From NCBI GenBank assembly GCA_965197415.1, contig OZ240207.1, forward strand, positions 853,853-917,852: 64,000 nucleotides of DNA, in the 5' to 3' direction. The DNA is from Dehalococcoidia bacterium (GTDB lineage: Bacteria > Chloroflexota > Dehalococcoidia > Lucifugimonadales > JAGWBF01). Within the stretch, counting starts at the first letter, position 1. Each line of letters begins with the position of its first letter. The notes under the pieces are model-generated. The model was not told the origin of the DNA. It did not search any database and worked only from the letters and a program-made list of their open reading frames with translations. The translations under genes and the position numbers were made by a program. Positions 37,340 to 45,183 of the stretch are shown here, piece after piece.

Positions 37340-37379
37340 GCCTCGCATTGGACAAGCTTGGGCAGTTGAGGGCTACGAC

Positions 37380-37664
37380 TTGTATTTGTGCGTGTGCAAA
37401 GGCATCAAGGTCTCCGATGCAGTCCAATTGACTCGGTTGGGGATCGATACCCCCGAAGCGCTGATGGACGCGTTCGGCTTCGACGACAGTGACTCCTGCG
37501 GCAGATGCTCCACATACATCAACGAGCTTTCCAGGCTGGTAAAAATAGAGACCAACAATGCTCTGGTTGGCCGTCAGGAACCCCAACCGTCACCGACACC
37601 GCAAACTCCAATCCGGGGACGCCACGTCTGGAGCCGCCTTAGTTGGTCGTCAAAGAGTTCATAA
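37380..37664 (+). CDS. bfd: Bfd-like [2Fe-2S]-binding protein (bacterioferritin-associated ferredoxin)
   Basis: N-terminus MYLCVCKGIKVSD with a later CGRC gives the 4-Cys Bfd pattern. TTG start. The Pro-rich tail beyond about 60 aa is atypical, so the true end is uncertain. Confidence 0.6.
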   Translation: MYLCVCKGIKVSDAVQLTRLGIDTPEALMDAFGFDDSDSCGRCSTYINELSRLVKIETNNALVGRQEPQPSPTPQTPIRGRHVWSRLSWSSKSS

Positions 37665-37774
37665 GACCTCCCCGCGCCCCAGTTTCCCTCCTCCCAACCG
37701 GCTCCCGAATCGACATGCTAAAATCCCCGCGCTTGGCAGAGTCATGCGTCTGTTGAATTAAAGGAGACCCGTAC

Positions 37775-38251
37775 ATGAAAGCAAAGGAAGGCGTGGTGGA
37801 CCGCCTGAACAACATTCTCACTATCGAATTGACGGCAATCAACCAATATTTTGTTCAAGCGGAGATGTGCAAAAACTGGGGCTTTGAACGCTTGTACAGC
37901 AAGTTCCGCGAGATCAGCACTGACGAGATGAAGGACACCGAACATCTCATCAGGCACATCCTCTACCTGGAGGGACTGCCCAACCTCCAGCGGATGAACC
38001 AGGTGATGGTAGGGGAATCCGTACAGGAAGACTTGGAGCTGAACCTCCAATCGGAACAGAACGCCGTCAAGGTCGTGACGGAAGCCATCACCCATTGCGC
38101 CCAGGTGGGAGACTACACAACCCGGGGCATGTTGGAAGAGATGGTCCGGTCCGAGGAGGAGCACGTGGACTGGCTTGAGACCCAGCTGGAAACCGTCAAC
38201 CAAATCGGCATCGAGCTATACCTGAACCAGCAAATCAAGAACGAGGACTAG
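37775..38251 (+). CDS. bfr: bacterioferritin
   Basis: 158 aa. VVDRLNNILTIELTAINQYFVQAEMCKNWGFERL...DEMKDTEHLIRHILYLEGLPNLQ is the classic Bfr sequence pattern. Confidence 0.9.
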   Translation: MKAKEGVVDRLNNILTIELTAINQYFVQAEMCKNWGFERLYSKFREISTDEMKDTEHLIRHILYLEGLPNLQRMNQVMVGESVQEDLELNLQSEQNAVKVVTEAITHCAQVGDYTTRGMLEEMVRSEEEHVDWLETQLETVNQIGIELYLNQQIKNED

Positions 38252-38582
38252 CTCCTCTCAACCTCCGTCTTTCGGGCGCAGGCCGAAATCCAGGTGAGTA
38301 CGGAGGCACGAACGCTTCACGTCCACGCCCGTTCCTATGAGTAGGGTGATTTATCCTCTGCCAGCCGCCTTCGAAGGGATTTATTTCCTTCCCTTCTGAC
38401 CCTTGCTAAGGTCTGGTTAAAATGTATACTAACCAAAACTTTTAGCATATGCTCTACCTAGTTTGGCATATGGAAATGGATAAGTCCGTCGCCAGGCTAC
38501 GCCCTCATAGCGGCTATCATAGTAGTACCACCCGCTATGATCCTGTGGGGAGCTTACGAGAGTTACCGGATGCGTAACCTCC

Positions 38583-38867
38583 TTGACAGGGTTAAGAGTG
38601 AGGAAGGCTTCAAATGAACGAACGCATGAGGAACCTAGCTGCGTCGGGACAATCATCATCGCTATCGTTGCTGTCCTGTCCGTGCTGTGGGCCGTGATAG
38701 GCTCCACAGTGAGTTCTCTCCGGGATGAAGTCCGACGCTCGAGGAATGACATAGAGCGCCTTCATCAGGACACCCTACAGGGATTCGACAACTCCTCCCA
38801 AGAGACAAGGTCGATACTTCCAGAGTATGAGCACACAGAAAGCGGAGTTAAGGTACCTCTGCGATGA
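38583..38867 (+). CDS. hypothetical single-pass membrane protein
   Basis: TM segment IIIAIVAVLSVLWAVIGS followed by a helical tail. Stop overlaps the next start (ATGA). Start uncertain (TTG 38583 or GTG 38598, no SD). Confidence 0.4.
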   Translation: MTGLRVRKASNERTHEEPSCVGTIIIAIVAVLSVLWAVIGSTVSSLRDEVRRSRNDIERLHQDTLQGFDNSSQETRSILPEYEHTESGVKVPLR

Positions 38868-39388
38868 TAATGACCGACCAAACCAAGATACGTATTAGTC
38901 GAGAGATTCTGTCGGACGGTCCTGGCTACACAGTGTATCCTGCCGGTCGGCACATTAGAAACGGTGTAGACATAACCAAGCGACACATGGGTAAGTACGT
39001 TGAGGGAGTCTATATCCCTACGTCTCCCGAGTGGGAGCCTCCAACCTACCTCGTGGGTAAGCAGTGGCACATCGTCAACGAGAAGGGCAACCGAGTTGGC
39101 TTGAAAGCGTACATCCCCCTACCAGACAGACGACATTTCTACAGCAAGGAACATCAGAGGCTCATAGGAGAGTACCGAGAGAGGCACCGACAGGATTCCA
39201 GACCACCCTTTGAAGTGTTCCTCAAGGGACATCCCAACATAGTCCTCTTTCGTTGGCCTCCTTGGAAGCGACGGCCTAGAGGACATGCCCTGCTCATGCG
39301 TGTCGATACTAGACGCTGGTGGAAGCGACTACTCAGGAAAAGGTCGCCCTGCTCTGACGAGGGTATAAATCAGAACGGGGCGACGTGA
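38864..39388 (+). CDS. hypothetical protein, unknown conserved family (paralog of 46831..47310)
   Basis: 174 aa. The N-terminal 90 aa or so align with 46831..47310 (TKIRISREIL, TKRHMG, PTSPEWEPP, VGLKAYIP). Arg-rich tail. Confidence 0.55.
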   Translation: MIMTDQTKIRISREILSDGPGYTVYPAGRHIRNGVDITKRHMGKYVEGVYIPTSPEWEPPTYLVGKQWHIVNEKGNRVGLKAYIPLPDRRHFYSKEHQRLIGEYRERHRQDSRPPFEVFLKGHPNIVLFRWPPWKRRPRGHALLMRVDTRRWWKRLLRKRSPCSDEGINQNGAT

Positions 39389-39393
39389 AAGGA

Positions 39394-39415
39394 GGGAACC
39401 CATGCAACGGTTCCC
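39394..39415 (+). terminator. hairpin just after the 38864..39388 stop
   Basis: gggaacc (39394-400), catgcaac, ggttccc (39409-15), followed by aactttat. Weak U-tract. Confidence 0.35.
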
Positions 39416-39608
39416 AACTTTATGATACTCCACCAGGATACAGTCGTTAACGGTGAGTGAGCGTCGAGACTCTCTGTAACTCACCATCACACCCAAAGAG
39501 TTTGGTGACTCAATGGTCGGACTCTCCTAGGCAGTGATACTAACTTCGAAGTAAGGTCACCTCGACAACCCCGTTCCGTTGCTGCGGACTCGGGAATGGG
39601 AGGCCTAG

Positions 39609-40082
39609 ATGGTCCCTATCTCTCCATATCGGATTGAAAAAGGCGCCAGCGGCGGCGCCCGCCTGGTGGTCCGGGTAAAAAACACCGACAAGTATTTCGT
39701 TGTGCGAATCAAGATGGAACAAGCCAAGCTGCTGGCCGCGGATATGCACGGCCTTTCCGACGACCTGTCAAGCCACCATCACACAACGGCCTCTCTGGCC
39801 CAAGCGTTGAATGCGGACATCGTAGGCATAATTCTCAAGGACACCGGCAACGGCGCAGTACATGGTGTCATGCGCATCCAAGAGAAGTACGATGTCGTCG
39901 ACGCCGAGGTGGATGTGGCCGCCGGCGTCTCTCTGGCCATCCACCTGGGAATCCCCTTATACATGGACAGTTCGTTCATGTCCAAGGTGAAGCGATCAGC
40001 CAACGCGGCTGACGATTCGGTCCCGTCAGCGTTCCGGGAAGCTATTGAGTCGTTGGAGACCTGGCTGCCGGAGGAAACTTAG
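39609..40082 (+). CDS. bifunctional-nuclease (BFN/DUF151)-like domain protein, divergent
   Basis: The block order resembles the BFN fold (FVVRIKMEQAKLL.., IVGIILKDTGNGAVHGVMRI, VDVAAGVSLAIHLGIPLYM), but the conserved RP.THDL and RPSDA motifs are not kept. GGGAGG SD. Confidence 0.4.
   Translation: MVPISPYRIEKGASGGARLVVRVKNTDKYFVVRIKMEQAKLLAADMHGLSDDLSSHHHTTASLAQALNADIVGIILKDTGNGAVHGVMRIQEKYDVVDAEVDVAAGVSLAIHLGIPLYMDSSFMSKVKRSANAADDSVPSAFREAIESLETWLPEET
40036..40075 (+). repeat. 40-nt direct repeat, copy 1 (3' end of the BFN-like gene)
   Basis: gggaagctattgagtcgttggagacctggctgccggagga matches 40832-40871 at 35/40 positions. Confidence 0.8.
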
Positions 40083-40265
40083 CCAAGGCTCCTTACAGTT
40101 CGCTATTGTCCGGCCACGCGCAGCAGGTATCCTGTGTGCACCGTGGGCATGAAGCTAGTCACCAGCTCGTTTGACTCGCACAGGGACATCCCCATCTCGT
40201 GCAGCCAGTCTTCAGGAGTCCCAGTCACGTCGGCGTTCTCTGCGCTATAGGCGTTTCACTGATTC

Positions 40266-40649
40266 CTAGCTAGGCAGGCGGACAATGGCCTCCACTTCGA
40301 CCACCAACTCTGGTCTCACTAGGGAGGATACACCGACAGTGGAGCTGGCCGGAGGGTCCTTAGGCCATGTCTCCGACCGCACCTTGTTGTACGCGGGATA
40401 GTCGTCCATGTTGGTCAGGAAGCCAGTTATCTTGCAGACATCTTCCATGCGCCCGCCAGCAGCCTCGATAACCGCGCGGATGTTGGCCATCACCTGACGG
40501 GACTGGTCCTCGGCGCTCTCGGCCACATTGCCGTTGGCATCCGCGCCCACGTGGCCCGAAACGTACAATATGTCGCCGACGCGTATCCCGGGGGACAAAT
40601 TGGGGTTCGGGGTTACTCCGGGGGGAATTATGGGTTGCCGTTCAGGCAT
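40266..40649 (-). CDS. ridA: RidA family (YjgF/TdcF/L-PSP) reactive intermediate deaminase
   Basis: 127 aa. GDILYVSGHVG...ANIRAVIEAAGGRMEDVCKITGFLTNMDDYPAYNKV...PASSTVGVSSL....VEVEAI is the RidA pattern. Confidence 0.85.
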   Translation of the reverse strand: MPERQPIIPPGVTPNPNLSPGIRVGDILYVSGHVGADANGNVAESAEDQSRQVMANIRAVIEAAGGRMEDVCKITGFLTNMDDYPAYNKVRSETWPKDPPASSTVGVSSLVRPELVVEVEAIVRLPS

Positions 40650-40831
40650 GACTGTCTCCTTTTCATCTCGAATTTGCGTACGGGTTACAAAGGCCGGAAG
40701 ATCTCTAATTTCTCTGCACTCTCGTGGTCCCCTCCTGGTCTGCGGTTACGCTGTTGCCACTCAGGCCGGCCACAAGCCGTCACAGTGGCGCCTTCGCGGT
40801 GTCCGTAGATACAACCCTTACGCCCTCCAGC

Positions 40832-40871
40832 GGGAAGCCATCGAGTCGCTTGAGACCTGGCTGCCGGAGGA
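40832..40871 (+). repeat. 40-nt direct repeat, copy 2 (in the ridA-yceI intergenic region)
   Basis: gggaagccatcgagtcgcttgagacctggctgccggagga. In frame it encodes REAIESLETWLPEE and is followed by a stop, as in copy 1. Confidence 0.8.
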
Positions 40872-40889
40872 GCCCTGATCAGGGGCTCC
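40869..40889. terminator. hairpin downstream of yceI-like gene
   Basis: ggagccc (40869-75), tgatcag, gggctcc (40883-89): a 7-bp stem lying 6 nt from the yceI-like stop at 40895. Confidence 0.4.
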
Positions 40890-40894
40890 TAGAA

Positions 40895-41701
40895 CTAGGA
40901 CTTCGGCGTAACGGCAAGCAGGACTTCCACGCTCACCTCGTCGGTCACCACCACAAATCCCAAATTCGGCGCCGTCATGCCGAACTCTTCCCAGACAAAG
41001 CTGGTCCGTCCCAGAATGTATATGACGTCGCCGTCGTCTCTCGCCTCCACGTCGAAGCTTACAGGCGCCTGCACTCCTCGTATTTCTAGCTGACCCGTTA
41101 TTTGGGTCGTGACCTCTTCGCCTTCGGTGAACCCGTCAGGCAGCTGGCCCGCGTCGTCCAAGGTGAAAACCGCGATGGGATGGTTGGGGAACATCCGCTC
41201 CCGGATATACTGGTCGCGCCGGGGCTGGTCGCTTTGTAGCTGATGGAGGTCTATCTCTATCACAGAGGGACGCCCGTCGAAATGCACCTCCCCAGTTAGC
41301 CCATTGGTAGACACCACGGCGTCGTTAGGGAGAGGAAGACGCGCCAGCTTTTCTTCCACGGTGAAAGTGGCCTTCGACCCCTCTCCAATGATGAACGTGA
41401 CCCCTTCAACCTGACCTGTCTCCCGTCCAGTGTCTACCGGAGCCTGCGTTGGTTCGGGCGGCGCTGGCTTGTCAGTCGGGCGTACCGTTGCGGTCGGCGG
41501 CGCCTCGGTTGCCGGTTGCTCAGCCGTTGGAGTCGGTACGGGTGCAGACGTAGCGGTGGCTGAAGGCTCTGTGGGGCGTTCCGTAGGCGGGGGTGTGGAC
41601 GTGGCGGACGAGCCGCCGCATGACATGGCTACAACGGCCAGAAACACGGCCATCACTGCGCTCAAACTTATCCACATCGGGAGCCGAATCGTGTTACCCA
41701 T
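40895..41701 (-). CDS. YceI family periplasmic/secreted lipoprotein
   Basis: Signal + lipobox (AMSCGG), Thr/Pro-rich linker, then a YceI-like domain (ATFTVEEKLARLPLPNDAVVSTNGLTGEVHFDG...GQLEIRGVQAPVSFDVEA). Confidence 0.8.
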   Translation of the reverse strand: MGNTIRLPMWISLSAVMAVFLAVVAMSCGGSSATSTPPPTERPTEPSATATSAPVPTPTAEQPATEAPPTATVRPTDKPAPPEPTQAPVDTGRETGQVEGVTFIIGEGSKATFTVEEKLARLPLPNDAVVSTNGLTGEVHFDGRPSVIEIDLHQLQSDQPRRDQYIRERMFPNHPIAVFTLDDAGQLPDGFTEGEEVTTQITGQLEIRGVQAPVSFDVEARDDGDVIYILGRTSFVWEEFGMTAPNLGFVVVTDEVSVEVLLAVTPKS

Positions 41702-42296
41702 AAGACCTTCCTAGCCTCTCTTGAGGATATCGAGTGGGGCTGAGAACTACAATATCAGGATACTCGGGACTCCTCCCCAAGTCGGGATGGTAGGTCCTCG
41801 GAGGAAGCTCAAGCCTGCCGCTCTCCTGGTCCCCCTGGCCGGCCAACGGGATCCCCACTGCCAGGGCAATCACGGCCGCAACAGCCGCCAGCTGCCAGCG
41901 ACCGGCCAAGGACCTCCTGGCCAGCAAGACCGTCAGAACGCCCGTTACCGGAAAGACGATGGCCGCCAACGGCAATGCAAAGCTGATGAAGTTGTCTAAC
42001 TGGCTCTCTCCGGCCACACAAATTAGGGCGACAACCGCAAAGGCCGCCGTCCATAGCCCGGCAAATATGAGCAGACCCCTCCGCTTGGCGGAGGCTCCTC
42101 TCCACAACAACCCGGCGGCCACGCCACCCGCCAGAGCCGCCAACGTCACGGTAGCGCTATTGAACAACGCGTCGTCAGGAGACCGCAGCGGCAGGGAGAC
42201 CAGGGCCGCCGCAACAGCCGAAATCGATCCGGCGACGATGCCCGCCGTCATATCTCCCCCTGATCCCGCATGGCACCATCCATTCTGTACGCCCAC
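41694..42296 (-). CDS. hypothetical integral membrane protein
   Basis: About 5 hydrophobic segments. 8-nt overlap with the yceI-like start. Start may be MTAGIV (42251). Confidence 0.45.
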   Translation of the reverse strand: MGVQNGWCHAGSGGDMTAGIVAGSISAVAAALVSLPLRSPDDALFNSATVTLAALAGGVAAGLLWRGASAKRRGLLIFAGLWTAAFAVVALICVAGESQLDNFISFALPLAAIVFPVTGVLTVLLARRSLAGRWQLAAVAAVIALAVGIPLAGQGDQESGRLELPPRTYHPDLGRSPEYPDIVVLSPTRYPQERLGRSYG

Positions 42297-42559
42297 CTAC
42301 GCTGGACGTCGGTCCGCAGGCAAGATAGCGGTCGACTGTGAAGAAAGTATATATGGGACACGTTTAAGTATACTCTCTGGAGAGCGTCCACAATGGGTCT
42401 GATTCGCTGCGGCTGACGTGGTCCGGCGTCTATGGCGGGCGTGGCCCTTCTGTGAGCCAGGTTGACAGCCAACTCATTTTTTGATGGAATCGAAAGCGGC
42501 GATATGCCGCCGGTCCATGACGATTGGATCGCTCAAAATCAGGCGTAGAGGTTTGAAAT

Positions 42560-43564
42560 ATGACAACGGAAGCGGCGACCACAGAACCTACGGTTTATGC
42601 CGGTTCGGGCACCGGCGGACTGTTCCGCAAGCGGCCCGGGGAGACCCATTGGGAGGAACTGACCAACGGGCTTCCCGAGAACCCAGAAGTCCGGGCAATA
42701 GAAATCCATCCGCTCCAGCCTGACGTGGTCTTTGCCGGGACCAACGACGGCGTATACCGCAGCGGCAGCAAGGGAGACCACTGGAGGCGGATGAACATGC
42801 CTGTCACCGGCAGCCAGGTATGGTCAATGATGTTCCGCCCTCACCGACCCAACGTGATGTACGCCGGAATGGCCCCTGCCCAGATATTCCGCACCCAGGA
42901 CGGCGGCGACAGTTGGGAGCCTCTGCCCATCCGGCTGGGAAACGACGTGGTGACCATGTCATTCCCGACCCGGGTCATCGCAATGGCCGCAGACCCGACC
43001 AACCCCGACGAGATGTACGCCGCCCTGGAAGTGGGCGGAGTGACCCGCACGTTGGACGGCGGTCAGACTTGGGAACCCATCAACAAGGGCATAGCGGAAG
43101 GCGGACCCGACCGGCTGGACCTTCACGGAGTCCAGGTCAGCTCTGCCCAGCCCGGAGTGCCCTACATCAGCGCCCGTGAAGGCATGTTCCGCGGGTTGGA
43201 CCGCGGCGAGTCCTGGCAGCCTATCGACATCTCCGACCGCTCTCCTATCACCTACACCCGTGACCTGCTGCTCTCTCCCCATGACCCCAGGACCATCTAC
43301 GTGACTCTGGGAGCAAAAGCCATCAGCGACATAGGCGCCCTGTGGCGAAGCCCTGACCTGGGAGAGACCTGGGAACGAGTCGACCACGGCCTGGAGGTCC
43401 CCTCCACGATGATGGCGGTCGCCATAAACAACCGCCGCCCCAACCAGATATATTGCGCCACCCGGGACGGCCAGGTGTACGGCTCGTTGGACAACGGAGA
43501 CTCGTGGCAAGAGTATCCCTTGCCTGAGAAGGCACAACAGATCTACGCGCTGGCAGTCGGCTAA
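42560..43564 (+). CDS. BNR/Asp-box repeat beta-propeller protein (Ycf48/sialidase-like fold)
   Basis: Six Asp-box-like motifs: SKGDHWRR, DGGDSWEP, DGGQTWEP, DRGESWQP, DLGETWER, DNGDSWQE. Confidence 0.7.
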   Translation: MTTEAATTEPTVYAGSGTGGLFRKRPGETHWEELTNGLPENPEVRAIEIHPLQPDVVFAGTNDGVYRSGSKGDHWRRMNMPVTGSQVWSMMFRPHRPNVMYAGMAPAQIFRTQDGGDSWEPLPIRLGNDVVTMSFPTRVIAMAADPTNPDEMYAALEVGGVTRTLDGGQTWEPINKGIAEGGPDRLDLHGVQVSSAQPGVPYISAREGMFRGLDRGESWQPIDISDRSPITYTRDLLLSPHDPRTIYVTLGAKAISDIGALWRSPDLGETWERVDHGLEVPSTMMAVAINNRRPNQIYCATRDGQVYGSLDNGDSWQEYPLPEKAQQIYALAVG

Positions 43565-43621
43565 GCGTCAGGAGAAATCTTCCTTCTGGTTGACTGCGGC
43601 GCCGAGAAGTATAATAGGTCA

Positions 43622-44134
43622 ATGCTGAACGCGCCTGTTCTGGTGATCAACCTGAACTACGAGCCCATTAACGTGTGCAACGTTAAACGGGCCGTAATTC
43701 TTATCGGAAAGGGCAAGGCCGAGTTGCTGGTCAACGGGCGGGGCGAAATTCGAACTCAGCGCACAACCTTCCCCATACCGTCAGTCATACGCCTGGTGAA
43801 CCTGGTGCGGAGGCCCTTCGCCAAGAGGAAGCTCTCCAAGAAAGAGGTCTTCCTCAGGGACCGGCACACCTGCCAGTATTGCGGCGCGCAGCCTAAAGAA
43901 CTGACCCTGGACCACGTAGTGCCCAGGCGACAGGGCGGCGACAACTCATGGGAGAACGTGGCCGCGGCGTGCATACCCTGCAACCGCAGAAAGGCCGGGC
44001 GGACTCCTGTGGAAGCGGGCATGAACCTGGCGAAGCGGCCAAGAGAGCCCTACGCCAACCCCTACTACGTGCTCCATAACAGGGCCATTCTGGACGAGTG
44101 GCGCACGTTCCTGCCCTGGATGGACTTGCCTTAG
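43622..44134 (+). CDS. HNH endonuclease
   Basis: CQYCG...LTLDHVVPRRQGGDNSWENVAAACIPCNRRK is the HNH/zinc-finger motif. Confidence 0.8.
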   Translation: MLNAPVLVINLNYEPINVCNVKRAVILIGKGKAELLVNGRGEIRTQRTTFPIPSVIRLVNLVRRPFAKRKLSKKEVFLRDRHTCQYCGAQPKELTLDHVVPRRQGGDNSWENVAAACIPCNRRKAGRTPVEAGMNLAKRPREPYANPYYVLHNRAILDEWRTFLPWMDLP

Positions 44135-45180
44135 ACCCTGGCTCCTGCGCCAGGCATGGCGAGCATCATCGCTTCCAAGGCAAGGCGTGCGTTGACGTTG
44201 CGCTCAAGAGACTCCATCGTCTCCAAGAGAGTCCTAATGAAGCCCGAAATCTGGCTCGTGGAATAGCCGGCGGCGGCCCTGGTCAAGCTCTCCATCCAGT
44301 CCACGTTGACCACGTCCGCCGCTCTGTCGTCCCCCGTTTCCGAGACAACCAGCATATCCCTCCACCACCTCAGCCAGAAGCCCAGCACGTCCAAGGCCTC
44401 AGTCCTGTTCCGATAGAACTGGCTGGATAAATCCGACGCGTAAGCGAAACGGTCTTCCAACGTAGCGTCTAAAAGCTCGGAGATGCGGGTCAACTCGTCC
44501 CGGCGGGACTCCATAACGGAAGCGTCGCCGTGGGCCTCAAGCGCCCAGCCCAGCCTGCCCATGGAGAGTTTGGCCAGCAACTGGGCTTCTTCTTCCTCGA
44601 TCTCGAAGTCCGCAGTCAGCGAGGCCACGACCTGGGCTGCAGCCATTGGCTTGAACTCCAGGGTGCGGCACCGTGACCGTATGGTGGCCAGTATCCCATC
44701 TTCCCAGTGGGTCGTGAGAATCAGCACGACCTGTTCGGGAGGCTCTTCCAGCGTCTTGAGAAGAGCATTGGAGGCCTCTTCACTCAGACGGTGGGCATCT
44801 TCAAAGACAATTACTCGTGTGCGGCCCTCGGCGGGAGTTAGGCTGGTCAGACGCTGTATGTCTCGGACGTCTCCAATGCCGATTTCAGTCCGGGTGCGGC
44901 GCCCCTCGGAGCCGCCCGTGGCATCGACCTGAGGGGCGGAGGTCCCCAGGACCACAACGTCGGCGTGCTGACCTGAAGCAATGCGGATGCACTGTGAACA
45001 TTCATTGCAGGGAGCGTTGGGAGGGTCGGTGCAGTTGACGGCTTGGGCCATGTCTAAGGCCAACGTGAGTTTGCCGGTCTGGGGCGGACCTACTATCAGG
45101 TACGCGTGGGCGTAGACACCCTGTCGTATGCTCTGGTCAAGCTGATGGACTAGCCCGTCCTGCCCCTTAACCCGCCACAT
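44131..45180 (-). CDS. holB: DNA polymerase III subunit delta prime
   Basis: HAYLIVGPPQTGKLTLA, a zinc module CNECSQC, IRSRCRTLEF (SRC motif), and a length of about 350 aa. Confidence 0.8.
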   Translation of the reverse strand: MWRVKGQDGLVHQLDQSIRQGVYAHAYLIVGPPQTGKLTLALDMAQAVNCTDPPNAPCNECSQCIRIASGQHADVVVLGTSAPQVDATGGSEGRRTRTEIGIGDVRDIQRLTSLTPAEGRTRVIVFEDAHRLSEEASNALLKTLEEPPEQVVLILTTHWEDGILATIRSRCRTLEFKPMAAAQVVASLTADFEIEEEEAQLLAKLSMGRLGWALEAHGDASVMESRRDELTRISELLDATLEDRFAYASDLSSQFYRNRTEALDVLGFWLRWWRDMLVVSETGDDRAADVVNVDWMESLTRAAAGYSTSQISGFIRTLLETMESLERNVNARLALEAMMLAMPGAGARV

Positions 45181-45183
45181 GAG

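Noticed and set aside
38429-38752. 107-aa minus-strand ORF in the lower-GC islet.
   Set aside because: It overlaps the plus-strand membrane-protein ORF, which is translationally coupled to the downstream gene. No SD or motifs. It was not fully excluded, because its aromatic-rich C-terminal part (38429-38580) lies outside the plus ORF.
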